A stretch of DNA of 52,418 nt from an uncultured Eubacteriales bacterium (GCA_900549705.1 URPI01000001.1:1-52418), one strand, 5' to 3'; shown: positions 38,029-47,625, counted from the stretch's first letter. Made by a program: numbers and translations. The notes: generated from the letters alone by a model not told the origin.

Positions 38029-39120
38029 TTATTTCAGTTCTACGCTGAGCACGTCGCCGGTTTTGTCGTTGATGGTAGCGGTAACCGTTCCGATTTCCGT
38101 CAGCGCTCCAGCTGCGGCAGCCTTTCCGGCCGGGGTCTTGGACATGGCGCGGATGGCCTCAATCTTCTGGGCGTTATCCGTGCAGCCGTCAATGTCATAG
38201 TCCTCCAATGCTTCCTCATTCACGGTATAGCAGATGGCGGTGTAGTGCATTTCACTGCTAAGGAACTTCTTATTGGACTTGGTGACGATGGTAATCACCG
38301 TCTCCCCTTCCAGTCCGTCGGTATGCTCTGCCACAGCCTGCGCCACGGCGGTATTGGCGTTATAGCGGTCATCGCCCTGGGACTTGGTAATGAGGTTGGT
38401 GGTGCTGTAATAGTAGTTCAGGTAGCCAAATACGCAGCCACAGCCCACCGCAAACAGGATGGCCAGGACAGCAACCTGCTTTTTTGTAAACTTCAGGGCA
38501 TCCTTTGCGTCCACGCCGGTTTGGGTCAGTCCCATGCGGTTGGTGATTGGAATCATAATGCGCAGAAACAGGGTCAGCACCACAGACTCGATGGGGAACA
38601 TAAACAGATTCTTGATGATGCTGGGCAGCGCCATGGCAAAGGTATACTGCTTGCCGCCCATGTACAGGGCATAGTACCACATATAGATGGGGGTCTGGAT
38701 CAGCATATTCACCACGATGCAGATGGTGAACCGGCTGAGCATAACCCGGACGGGGCCGACCTTGGCACGGTACAGGAACAGGGCAAAGATGACGCTGCCC
38801 GCCACCTCAGTCAGCACGAAGGGCACGAAGTAAACGCCCTCAGGATTTTGCAGGTAGCCCAAAATGTCCGTTGCCACCGCGCAGATGGCGGCAACCACGG
38901 GGCCAAAGACCATAGCGCCCAAGGCATTGACAATGAAGGCGGTGTTGATTTTCAGGCCGGGTGCCAGGGGGATGGCCACCAGCTTCATGGCAACCCGCAG
39001 GGCAATCATCAATGCGGCGAACACCAGAACGCGGGTGTCTTTCAGCTCACCGGCAGCGTCTTTCCAATAGGCCTTGGAAAAGGGATGGGGATAGAGTGTT
39101 TTGTTTTTTGTTTGGGACAT
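38029..39120 (-). CDS. folT: Folate ECF transporter S component with C-terminal extension
   Basis: YWKDAAGELKDTRVLVFAALMIAL..FGPVVA..DILG FolT-like N-terminal domain; THF riboswitch upstream. Confidence 0.85.
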   Translation of the reverse strand: MSQTKNKTLYPHPFSKAYWKDAAGELKDTRVLVFAALMIALRVAMKLVAIPLAPGLKINTAFIVNALGAMVFGPVVAAICAVATDILGYLQNPEGVYFVPFVLTEVAGSVIFALFLYRAKVGPVRVMLSRFTICIVVNMLIQTPIYMWYYALYMGGKQYTFAMALPSIIKNLFMFPIESVVLTLFLRIMIPITNRMGLTQTGVDAKDALKFTKKQVAVLAILFAVGCGCVFGYLNYYYSTTNLITKSQGDDRYNANTAVAQAVAEHTDGLEGETVITIVTKSNKKFLSSEMHYTAICYTVNEEALEDYDIDGCTDNAQKIEAIRAMSKTPAGKAAAAGALTEIGTVTATINDKTGDVLSVELK

Positions 39121-39186
39121 GAATCATTCCTCCTTTTGATGTAGGAGCGTTCGGAATCGGATTGCGGGACTTACCCTGTGTATGCC

Positions 39187-39222
39187 AAAAAAGAAGCCCC
39201 AGGGGCACAGTACCCCCGGGGA
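39187..39222 (-). terminator. Leader (expression platform) terminator of folT
   Basis: Minus strand cccgggggtac-t-gtgcccctggg followed by cttctttttt, upstream of the RBS. Confidence 0.65.
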
Positions 39223-39332
39223 GATAAAAACAGTATTCTGGCATACCCGATGAGCCAGCCAGGAATTACAACCCGTGCCGTTCGCCCAACCGAGTGTCGT
39301 TGCTACATAAAGGAGGAAACCCCTTTTATGGC

Positions 39333-39430
39333 GCAGCGGGTGCGGAAACGCTATCGCGGGCAATATGCCCTTCGTCTGCCATACAACTCCCCATTCCAGC
39401 AGCACTTCACGCAGGGTTTCCTACTCTGTT
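39333..39430 (-). ncRNA. THF riboswitch
   Basis: Minus strand cagagtagg..gcgtgaagtgc..ggaatggggagttg..gacgaa..gcgatagc..tccgcacccgctg; promoter TTTACA-17-TATACT at 39466-39438. Confidence 0.88.
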
Positions 39431-39590
39431 CAGCGGTAGTATACACCATGAGGAAGAAATTGTAAAGAGGGGAATCAATATTTTTTTATTTAATTCTGAA
39501 AATATCGATACATTCTATTCTCCTGCGCCGCCCGAAGCTGACGCAATCGGGCGGTGCGTTGAATGGAAATCGCTAAAATCATCCCAGCGG

Positions 39591-40700
39591 CTATTCCACC
39601 AGGGATTCCGCCAATATACAGATTTTTTCGGCGGCATCTTTGGCAATCAGGCTGCGCTGTGCCTGGTACATATGCTGCAACAGCGCAGTATCCTCCGGAA
39701 GCTTCAGCAGATGCTCCAATGCCTCCCGGTTGAGCGTCACGGGGACGGCCATGCCGGTTTGGGTAAAAAATTGCAGATTACGGCTCTCGCAGCCGGGGAT
39801 GGGCGGCAGCAGCCCCAGGGGAACTTCTGCCACCGCCGCCTCGGTGGTGGAAAGGCCGCCGGGTTTGGTCAGGTACAGGTCACAGGCGCGCAGGTACAGC
39901 GCCATCTTGTCCGTGTTGCCCAGCAGTGTTGCCTCCGCTCCAAACCGCTTTTCCAGTTGACGGCGAACGGACGCATTGCTGCCGCAAATGGCAATCACAT
40001 GGAAATCCGTCCCCCTTGTCAAATCCGTCAGCAGCTCCATGGTCTTTTCCAGGCTTCCCGCGCCGATGCTGCCGCCGGACACCAGCACATAGCGCTTCCC
40101 TTCCGCCAGCGCCAGTCGGCGCTTTGCCTCCGCCTTGGGCACCGCTTCCCGGAACACGCGGCCAACCGGGATGCCGAAGGGATAAATCTTTTCCTCCGGG
40201 ATGCCCCAGCTCACAAACTCCGCCGTAAGCGCCGGAGCAGGAATGACATAGGCATCCAGCCGACACTCCTCCGTGAAGGGGATGCAGGTGTAGTCCGTTG
40301 CAACGAAGATGGTCTTTGGAACGGCCGCCCCGTGATTTTTCAGGTAGGTCAGCATCTCCCCCGGATAGACATGGGTGGTGATGACCGCATCGGCGGGGTG
40401 CTCCTGCAAATAGCCCTCCAGCGCCTCCGCCCCCTTGCCGTTGGCGAAGTACACCGGCGACCGCCAGGGCAGGCGGCGATAGGCATTGCCCAAGGCATAC
40501 ACAAAGCCGAAGCTCCGGGGGCTGCGTTGGGCGATGGAAATATAGGCATTGTCCACCAGCTGCGCCGCCCTTTCGCCGCATAGGTCGATGGGGTTCATCA
40601 TGGTGACATTGTGCCCCCGCTGCCGCGCCTCCGCCTCCACTGCATGGGCAGCCGCGTTATGGCCGCCGCCGGTTCCGCAGGATAATACAAGAATATTCAT
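39591..40700 (-). CDS. MGDG synthase/UgtP-like GT28 glycosyltransferase
   Basis: ILVLSCGTGGGHNAAA, TTH, ATDY, FGIPV, TKPGGLSTTEA, PIPGCESRN. Confidence 0.88.
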   Translation of the reverse strand: MNILVLSCGTGGGHNAAAHAVEAEARQRGHNVTMMNPIDLCGERAAQLVDNAYISIAQRSPRSFGFVYALGNAYRRLPWRSPVYFANGKGAEALEGYLQEHPADAVITTHVYPGEMLTYLKNHGAAVPKTIFVATDYTCIPFTEECRLDAYVIPAPALTAEFVSWGIPEEKIYPFGIPVGRVFREAVPKAEAKRRLALAEGKRYVLVSGGSIGAGSLEKTMELLTDLTRGTDFHVIAICGSNASVRRQLEKRFGAEATLLGNTDKMALYLRACDLYLTKPGGLSTTEAAVAEVPLGLLPPIPGCESRNLQFFTQTGMAVPVTLNREALEHLLKLPEDTALLQHMYQAQRSLIAKDAAEKICILAESLVE

Positions 40701-41317
40701 CAGAGAATCTCCTTTCCCGCCAGCAGCACCTGGGTATGCTCCCGAGGCTCCCGGCTCATGTGCAGCCGCAAAAATACAACGCCGGAAATCAGCGCAAAGC
40801 CCAGCACCACTCCGTCCGGCTGGTGGGTAAAGGCTTCCAGCAGCACCGTCACGAAATATGTAATGGCCGTCCGCTGGAAATGCGGGGTAATTTTGACTAC
40901 GACGGAGAAAAAGACGAATGCACCCGCAAACAGCAGCACCGGCGACCACAGGGGAACCAATCCCAACAGGCTGCCAAAGCTCACCGCAATCCCCTTGCCG
41001 CCCCGCAGACCATAGAAGCAGGAGAAGGCGTGACCCAGCACGGGAGCCAGCAGCACCAGCGCCAGTGTCACCGGGGTGATGTCCTCGCCGCTGTGCAGAA
41101 ACAGCCATACCGGCAGGAAGCCCTTGAGCATATCCCCCGCCAGGGTCAGCACCCCGCAGGCAAAACCGCCATAGGCAAAGGCATTGGCTGTGCCGGGGTT
41201 TTCATCCTTACTTTGCCGGTATTCATCGGCCTTGCCGAACAGCTGCAAAAACACCCGTGCATACAGCACACTGCCGGACAGATAACCGGCGATAACATAC
41301 ATGAGATACCGATTCAT
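40700..41317 (-). CDS. PlsY-like glycerol-3-phosphate acyltransferase paralog
   Basis: GYLSGS, NPGTANA, DMLKG, LGHAFS..RGGKGIA. Confidence 0.8.
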   Translation of the reverse strand: MNRYLMYVIAGYLSGSVLYARVFLQLFGKADEYRQSKDENPGTANAFAYGGFACGVLTLAGDMLKGFLPVWLFLHSGEDITPVTLALVLLAPVLGHAFSCFYGLRGGKGIAVSFGSLLGLVPLWSPVLLFAGAFVFFSVVVKITPHFQRTAITYFVTVLLEAFTHQPDGVVLGFALISGVVFLRLHMSREPREHTQVLLAGKEIL

Positions 41318-42390
41318 ACATTCTCTCCTTTCGGCAGACGCACGGTGAAAATCACCGCGCCGCCCATACTCTCTGCCTTGACCGTTCCCCCGTGAAGCTC
41401 CACCACCCGCTTGACGATGGCAAGCCCCACGCCGTTGCCGGCGGAAAAATGGGAATGGTCAGCCTGATAAAACTTCTGGAACACCCGCTCCAAATCCGCC
41501 TGGGGAATTTCTCCGCTGTTGGCCACCTGCACTTCGATGACGGTGTCCATTTCCGCAATGCGCACCTGCAAGGGGCCGTACTCCGGGGAATATTTCACCG
41601 CATTGTGAACCAGGTTAATCCAGACCTCCTGCATCATCTCCTCGTTGGCGGTGATGCTGACCTCCGGGAAATCCAGCTCCAGCTCCAGGTGCTTGGCGCT
41701 CCACTGATCCTGCAGCAGCAGCACCGCGCTGCGAATCTGCTCGGAAAGGTTGTAGCGGCTGACACCGGTGAGGATGCTCTGGTTTTCCACCTTGGTCAAT
41801 TTCAGCACATTGGTTGCCATGTTGCTCAGGCGCTGTGATTCCTCCACAATGGCATCGATGTATTCCCTGCGCTGCGCTTCCTCCAAATCCGCCCGCTGCA
41901 AAAGCTTCGCAAACCCGGCGATGGACACAATGGGTGTTTTGAACTCATGGGAAAAATTATTGATGAAATCCTGCCGCAGCATCTCGGTATTGCCCAGCTC
42001 CTCGGCCATTTTGTTGAAGCTCTCCTCTACCTGCAAAAAGGCGGGAATCATGTCAATGGTTTTGCTGAAATGCACCCTGGCCTGGAAATCTCCGGCGGCC
42101 AGCCGGTTCATCTGGTCAATGAGCCAGTTGATGGGCTTGAGGGGAATGCGCACCACCAGGGCAGATAGCCCGGTGCCCACAATCAAACTGAGCACCGCCG
42201 TCAGAATCAAAATCTGCAAGGTATTGGGCAGGCTCAGAGCGGAAAAGGGAGCGCTGTCGTGCAGGGCAAAGGCGGACAAGTACACAACTCCCACTGTCAG
42301 CAGCAAAGATACTACCAGAATGCTGAAGGTAAACAGGGCAAACACCAGGGCGAGAGAACGATGGCGCTGCTTCTTTTTCTTGGCTGTCAT
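41314..42390 (-). CDS. Sensor histidine kinase (HssS-like)
   Basis: Two TMs, HAMP, FSHEFKTPI, NLVHNAVKY, FYQAD, GNGVGLAIV. Confidence 0.92.
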   Translation of the reverse strand: MTAKKKKQRHRSLALVFALFTFSILVVSLLLTVGVVYLSAFALHDSAPFSALSLPNTLQILILTAVLSLIVGTGLSALVVRIPLKPINWLIDQMNRLAAGDFQARVHFSKTIDMIPAFLQVEESFNKMAEELGNTEMLRQDFINNFSHEFKTPIVSIAGFAKLLQRADLEEAQRREYIDAIVEESQRLSNMATNVLKLTKVENQSILTGVSRYNLSEQIRSAVLLLQDQWSAKHLELELDFPEVSITANEEMMQEVWINLVHNAVKYSPEYGPLQVRIAEMDTVIEVQVANSGEIPQADLERVFQKFYQADHSHFSAGNGVGLAIVKRVVELHGGTVKAESMGGAVIFTVRLPKGENV

Positions 42391-43061
42391 TCCTTTTTCA
42401 CCGCCTTATAGCCCAGACCCCGGACGGATTCTACGGAGAACTCATCCCAGCCCTCAAACCGCTTGCGCAGCCGTCCCACATGGACGGTAACGGTCTCCCA
42501 GCCGGTTTCGCAGTCCATGCCCCAGATTTCATCCATGAGCTGAATGCGGGTGAATATCTTGCCGGGGTAGGACAGCAGCTTATACAGCAGCAGGAACTCC
42601 TTTTGGGGCAGCTCCTGGGTCTGGCCGGGACGGGAGACGGTGAAGGAATCGTAGTCCAGCACCACATCTCCAATGACAATGCGCCGGTCATTGGCGATTT
42701 TGGCGCGGCGCAGCAGCGCTTTGATGCGAAGCAGCATTTCCTCCTCGTCCACAGGCTTGGTAATGTAATCGTCCGTTCCCACCAGGAAGCCCTTATGCTT
42801 GTCTGTTGGCAGCTGCTTGGCGGACACCATCAAAATGGGCAGATTACTGTTGCCCGCCCGGATGGTTTCGGTAAAGGCATAGCCGTCCATCCGGGGCATC
42901 ATCACATCCAGTACCACCAGGTCGATATGTTCTTTTTCCAGAATGTCCAGGGCATCCTGGCCATCCACGGCAACGGTAACGTGGTAGCCCGCGCCCTCCA
43001 GGATTGCCTTCATCAACAGCCGCGTATTTTTATCATCATCCGCAACCAGAATGTTGACCAT
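42387..43061 (-). CDS. OmpR-family response regulator (HssR-like)
   Basis: ILVADDD, LDVMMP, GTDDYITKP, KEFLLLYKLLSYP, VRGLGYK. Confidence 0.92.
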   Translation of the reverse strand: MVNILVADDDKNTRLLMKAILEGAGYHVTVAVDGQDALDILEKEHIDLVVLDVMMPRMDGYAFTETIRAGNSNLPILMVSAKQLPTDKHKGFLVGTDDYITKPVDEEEMLLRIKALLRRAKIANDRRIVIGDVVLDYDSFTVSRPGQTQELPQKEFLLLYKLLSYPGKIFTRIQLMDEIWGMDCETGWETVTVHVGRLRKRFEGWDEFSVESVRGLGYKAVKKE

Positions 43062-43253
43062 ACTGTTCACCTCATTCTTCTCCGTATACAATAATGCAAT
43101 ATCTCTATTTTCGTCAAGTATACACTGCCAAAATAAACCGAAACAAAACAGGCAGAGCCGCTTGCCAATGACGCTGCGGACATGGCACAAATCCATCGGT
43201 TCCCTACCCCGCCCGGTGACGAGACTGCTCAAAACCGGTTTGTACACGCCCAC

Positions 43254-43281
43254 CGGGTCGACTGGCAGTCGCCCCCCTACA
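43254..43281. repeat. Single GTAG-type REP copy
   Basis: cgggtcgactggcagtcgcccccctaca resembles 45132-45159. Confidence 0.6.
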
Positions 43282-43330
43282 GATGCCCTTGCAACGAACC
43301 ATTGTTTGGCGGCAATACCGCCCACTTTCT

Positions 43331-43358
43331 TGACAAACGAGCGAAATTGGCGTATCAT
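43331..43358 (+). promoter_or_regulatory. Promoter of the cbi operon
   Basis: TTGACA followed at a sigmaA-like spacing by TATCAT. Confidence 0.65.
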
Positions 43359-43365
43359 ATTTCTG

Positions 43366-43553
43366 TCAAAGCCAGAGTGCCCTCTGCGCCGGTCGGGCGT
43401 TGGGGGAGAATAGACAATCCGGTGCAACTCCGGAACGGTACCGCCACTGTAAGTGCAGAGGTCAGGAGCAGGACGAAAGTCAGCCATTGGGGCTACCCCC
43501 GAGAAGGCGCTCTCCGCCGCGGATGCACAAGTCAGGAGACCTGCTCCGGTTTG
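43366..43553 (+). ncRNA. Cobalamin riboswitch
   Basis: aatccggtgcaactccggaacggt.ccgccactgtaa, gccattggg..gagaaggc, B12 box caagtcaggagacctgc; upstream of cbi genes. Confidence 0.9.
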
Positions 43554-43607
43554 CCGCCTTTTCCCGGAAATTGGAAAATGCGGTATTTTTGCCTGCGGAA
43601 ATACGGC

Positions 43608-43643
43608 TGCGGCAGTCCCATTGTTGGGCTGCCGCTTTTTTAT
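43608..43643 (+). terminator. Riboswitch expression-platform terminator
   Basis: gcggcagtcc...gggctgccgc-tttttt before the RBS. Confidence 0.75.
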
Positions 43644-43654
43644 TTGGAGGAATT

Positions 43655-44998
43655 ATGGCAACACCCCGTTTTATGCTGGCCGGGCAAAGCAGCGGCTGCG
43701 GAAAAACCACCGTCACCTGTGCCGTTCTGCAAGCCCTGGTGAACCGCGGCCTGCAAGTGGGCGCATTCAAATGCGGCCCGGACTACATCGACCCCATGTT
43801 TCACAGCCGGGTTATTGGCGCAAAAGCCCGGAACCTGGATCTGCATTTTTTCAGCGAAAACACGCTGCGCTGTCTGCTGGCACAAAACGCCGCCGACCGG
43901 GATGTGAGCGTGATTGAGGGGGTCATGGGCTACTACGACGGTGCCGGTCTGACCAGCGAAAAAGCCAGCTCCTATGAAGTTGCCAAGGTCAGCCGCACCC
44001 CTGTGGTGCTGGTGGTCAATGCCCGAGGTGCTGCTCTGTCCCTGCTTCCGGTGATTCAGGGCTTTCTGCATTTCCGCGCGTCTTCCGGCATCCGGGGCGT
44101 GATTCTCAACCAGTGTACCGCCATGACCTATGGGGCGCTGAAGCCCTGCATTGAGGCTCAGTGCGGCATCCGGTGCTATGGCTTTCTCCCCCGGGTAGCC
44201 GAGGCGGAGGTGGGCAGCCGCCATCTGGGGCTTATCACTGCGGACGAGGTGGCCGATTTGCAGGAGAAAATGCAGAAATTGGCCGCTCAGGCAGAAAAAT
44301 CCATTGATTTGGATGGGCTGCTTGCCCTGAGCCAAGAAGCACCCCCGCTGGATTACGAGCCCATCGTTATTTCTGCGAAAGACCCCATCCGGGTGGCGGT
44401 GGCGCGGGACAACGCCTTCTGCTTTTACTATGAGGACAGCCTGGATGCCCTGCGGCAAATGGGGGCAGAGCTGGTAGAATTCAGTCCCCTGCGCGACTGT
44501 GCCCTGCCAAAGCATATCCACGGGCTTTACCTGGGGGGCGGCTATCCCGAGCTGTACGCAGCAGGGCTGGCCGCGAACAAAACAATGCTGCACAATATCC
44601 GGGCAGCGCTGGAAAGCAGGCTGCCCTGCATTGCGGAGTGCGGCGGCTTTATGTACCTGACGGAGAAAATCGGAGAAGAAAAAATGGTGGGCTTCCTGCC
44701 GGGGCAATGCTTTGACACCGGCAAGCTCACCCGCTTTGGCTATGTGACCCTGACAGCCAACAAAGATAATCTTCTGTGTGATACCGGGGGCAGCATCTCC
44801 GCCCACGAATTTCACCACTGGGACTGCACCAGTCCCGGCGAAGACTTCACCGCCACAAAATCCGCCGGCAAACAGTGGCCGTGCATCGTTGCCACGGATA
44901 GCCTGTACGCCGGTTACCCTCACTTCCATTTTTATTCCAATCTCCACTTTTTAGAGCATTTTTATGGGAAATGCGCGGATTTCGGTAAATCCCTGTAG
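43655..44998 (+). CDS. cbiA: Cobyrinate a,c-diamide synthase
   Basis: SSGCGKTT, FKCGPDYIDP, IEGVMG, RHLGL, AFCFYY, GGGYPE, AECGG, HEFH. Confidence 0.95.
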   Translation: MATPRFMLAGQSSGCGKTTVTCAVLQALVNRGLQVGAFKCGPDYIDPMFHSRVIGAKARNLDLHFFSENTLRCLLAQNAADRDVSVIEGVMGYYDGAGLTSEKASSYEVAKVSRTPVVLVVNARGAALSLLPVIQGFLHFRASSGIRGVILNQCTAMTYGALKPCIEAQCGIRCYGFLPRVAEAEVGSRHLGLITADEVADLQEKMQKLAAQAEKSIDLDGLLALSQEAPPLDYEPIVISAKDPIRVAVARDNAFCFYYEDSLDALRQMGAELVEFSPLRDCALPKHIHGLYLGGGYPELYAAGLAANKTMLHNIRAALESRLPCIAECGGFMYLTEKIGEEKMVGFLPGQCFDTGKLTRFGYVTLTANKDNLLCDTGGSISAHEFHHWDCTSPGEDFTATKSAGKQWPCIVATDSLYAGYPHFHFYSNLHFLEHFYGKCADFGKSL

Positions 44999-45293
44999 GG
45001 GTCGACTAGTAGTCGACCCGGCACAGAGCACCCCGAAGGGGCGCTTTGTGCTGCGGGCGGATGCTATCCGCCCCTACGGTTCGAGTGGGGAAGCGCCACC
45101 ATTCATTTAACCGCTCTGTTGCGCAAGCGGGCGGGTCGACATACTCGTCGACCCCTACAGAGACGTGTGCAAAATCGGGCATATACCATTCAGCGGACGA
45201 CACCCTCTCAGTCAGCCCGTTCGGGCTGCCAGCTCTCCCAGAGGGAGAGCCGAGGGCGCTTCGCGCCACGGGCGGATGCGATCCGCCCCTACA
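44994..45293. repeat. Composite REP-like cluster between cbiA and cbiD
   Basis: Several GTAGGG/CCCTAC-tagged hairpins plus a CCCTCTCAGTCAG...GAGAGCC element. Confidence 0.85.
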
Positions 45294-45328
45294 GTCCACT
45301 TATACAAAAGGAGAACCCACAACGGGCA

Positions 45329-46462
45329 ATGACATCGATGGAACAGTTTATTGAGAAGGACGGCAAGCGCCTCCGGCTGGGCTACACCACCGGCTCCTGC
45401 GCCGCTGCCGCTGCAAAGGCTGCCGCCTGGATGCTGCTGACCGGGCGGCGCAAATCCACTGTGGCGCTGGACACCCCCAAGGGCATCCATTTGGAGCTGC
45501 CGGTAGAGGACATTTGCCAGGGGGAGGACACCGTGTCCTGCGCCATTCGCAAGGACGGGGGCGACGACCCGGACATCACCAGCGGCACCCTTATTTATGC
45601 CGCCGTCACCCGGACGGACAGCCCTGCCATTGTCATCGACGGCGGCAAGGGAGTGGGACGGGTCACCAAGCGGGGGCTGGATCAGCCGGTGGGCAACGCC
45701 GCCATCAATTCCGTGCCCCGGCAAATGATTGAAGAAAATCTGCGTCAGGTCTGCCGGTTGTGCGACTATCCCGGGGGCTTGCAGGTGATTATCTCCGTCC
45801 CCCAGGGGGAAATGCTGGCGCAAAAAACCTTTAACCCCCGGCTGGGCATTGTGGGCGGCATCTCGATTTTGGGAACCACCGGCATTGTAGAGCCTATGAG
45901 CGAGGAGGCGCTGGTGCAGACCATCCATGTGGAGCTGAACCAGAAGCGCACCGCAGGAGACTATGTGCTGCTTACCCCAGGCAACTACGGCTCTGAATTT
46001 ATCCGGGGGGAGATGGGACTGGACATGAATCTGGCGGTTCAGACCTCTAATTTTATCGGGGACTCCCTGGATACCTGCCGCAGCTTGGGCTTTTCCGGCG
46101 CATTGCTCATCGGTCACATCGGCAAGCTGGTGAAGCTGGCAGGGGGCATGATGAACACCCACTCCAAATACGGCGACTGCCGCATGGACATTCTTGCCGC
46201 CCATGCCGGTATGGCAGGGGTGCGCCCCGCCCGGATTGCTGAAATCATGGATTGCGCCGCCTGTGACGACGCAGTGCGGATTCTCCGGGAGGAGAGGCAG
46301 GACGATGCCGTTCTGAAAAGTGTGACGGAAAAGGTGATGTTCCACTTGCAGCACCGGGCCGGGGACATGGAAATGGGCGTGATTATCTTCTCGAAGGAAT
46401 ATGGCATTCTGGGAGAAAGCCCCAACGCCCGGGCGCTGTTAAAGAAGATTTTGGAACAGTGA
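45329..46462 (+). CDS. cbiD: Cobalt-precorrin-5B C1-methyltransferase
   Basis: LRLGYTTGSCAAAA, KDGGDDPDIT, NPRLGIVGGISILGTTGIV, GKLVKLAGG; start could be 45338. Confidence 0.95.
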   Translation: MTSMEQFIEKDGKRLRLGYTTGSCAAAAAKAAAWMLLTGRRKSTVALDTPKGIHLELPVEDICQGEDTVSCAIRKDGGDDPDITSGTLIYAAVTRTDSPAIVIDGGKGVGRVTKRGLDQPVGNAAINSVPRQMIEENLRQVCRLCDYPGGLQVIISVPQGEMLAQKTFNPRLGIVGGISILGTTGIVEPMSEEALVQTIHVELNQKRTAGDYVLLTPGNYGSEFIRGEMGLDMNLAVQTSNFIGDSLDTCRSLGFSGALLIGHIGKLVKLAGGMMNTHSKYGDCRMDILAAHAGMAGVRPARIAEIMDCAACDDAVRILREERQDDAVLKSVTEKVMFHLQHRAGDMEMGVIIFSKEYGILGESPNARALLKKILEQ

Positions 46463-46484
46463 GTTGGGCACGTTGTGCTCAACT

Positions 46485-46836
46485 GTAGGGGAGGTTTAGC
46501 CTCCCGCAAACCTGGATTTTGGGAAGTGCACAAACAAGCATACTCGCCCACTGTAGGGGTCGCCAACTTGGCGACCCGAGCGGCGCAGCCGCCTCGGCTC
46601 CCCTGAAAGGGGAGCTGCTGAGCGAAGCGAAGCTGAGGGGTTTTCATGCTCAGTTGACGCACAAACCCCTCCGGTTTCGCTAACGCTCAACCACCTCCCC
46701 TTCCAGGGGAGGCAGGGGCACTTCGTGCCAGCGGGAGGCTAAGAGCCTCCCCTACGGTTCGATCGGGAAGCCAGTACCATTCATCAAAGCGCTCTGCTGC
46801 GTGGGGCTTCGGGTCGCCAGGTTGGCGACCCCTACA
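46485..46836. repeat. Composite REP-like cluster between cbiD and cbiF
   Basis: gtaggggtcgccaacttggcgacccg identical to 12788-12813; inverted partner at 46810-46836; nested CTCCCCTGAAAGGGGAG element. Confidence 0.85.
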
Positions 46837-46866
46837 ATCTACATAAACAAAAAAGGAGAAACTTAT

Positions 46867-47625
46867 ATGGTTCATTTTGTTGGAGCTGGGTCAGGTGCCA
46901 TTGACCTGATTACCGTCCGGGGCGCAAAGCTTCTGGGACAGGCGGATGTGGTGATTTATGCCGGAAGCCTGGTCAATCCCGGCTTGCTGCAGGAATACTG
47001 CCGCCCGGAATGTGAAATTCACGACAGCGCCCGCATGACGCTGGAAGAAGTGATTGCCGTGATTCAGGCGGCAGAACAGGCGGGCAAAACCACCGTCCGG
47101 CTTCACACCGGCGATTCCAGCATTTATGGTGCAGTGCATGAGCAGTTTGTGGAGCTGGAAAAGCTGGGCATCGCCTATGACGTATGCCCCGGTGTCAGCG
47201 CCTTCTGCGGGGCGGCGGCCTCTCTGCGGGCGGAGTATACCCTGCCCGAGGTCAGCCAGACCGTGATTATCACCCGGGCGGCGGGACGCACCCCCGTCCC
47301 GGCGGGGCAGTCCATCCGGGAGCTGGCTGCCCACCGTGCCACCATGGTGCTGTTCCTCAGCACAAGTCTGACAGAAAAGCTACAGGAGGATTTGCTGGCT
47401 GGCGGCTACCCTGCCGCCACCCCCGCCGCCATTGTGTATAAGGCCACCTGGCCGGAGGAAAAAATCTTCCGCACCACCCTGGAGCATCTCCATGAGACGG
47501 TGACGGAAAACGGCCTGACCAAAACCAGCCTGATTGTGGTGGGTGACTGCCTGGGCGACCAGGTGATTCGCTCCCTATTGTATCATCCCGGCTTCACCAC
47601 CGAATTCCGGGAGGCAACCCAGTGA
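46867..47625 (+). CDS. cbiF: Cobalt-precorrin-4 C11-methyltransferase (CbiF/CobM)
   Basis: VHFVGAG, YAGSLV, RLHTGD, PEVSQTVIITR, YKATWPEE, LYHPGF. Confidence 0.94.
   Translation: MVHFVGAGSGAIDLITVRGAKLLGQADVVIYAGSLVNPGLLQEYCRPECEIHDSARMTLEEVIAVIQAAEQAGKTTVRLHTGDSSIYGAVHEQFVELEKLGIAYDVCPGVSAFCGAAASLRAEYTLPEVSQTVIITRAAGRTPVPAGQSIRELAAHRATMVLFLSTSLTEKLQEDLLAGGYPAATPAAIVYKATWPEEKIFRTTLEHLHETVTENGLTKTSLIVVGDCLGDQVIRSLLYHPGFTTEFREATQ

Noticed and set aside
40701..41108. N-terminal extensions in the ORF track (glycosyltransferase to 41108, RR to 43487, cbiA from 43400, cbiD from 45119, ADH from 13200)
   Set aside because: They overlap other genes, riboswitches or repeats; conserved domains and RBSs start downstream
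44994..45293. CRISPR array interpretation of the repeat clusters
   Set aside because: Units are inverted, variable in sequence, irregularly spaced and dispersed, and there are no cas genes
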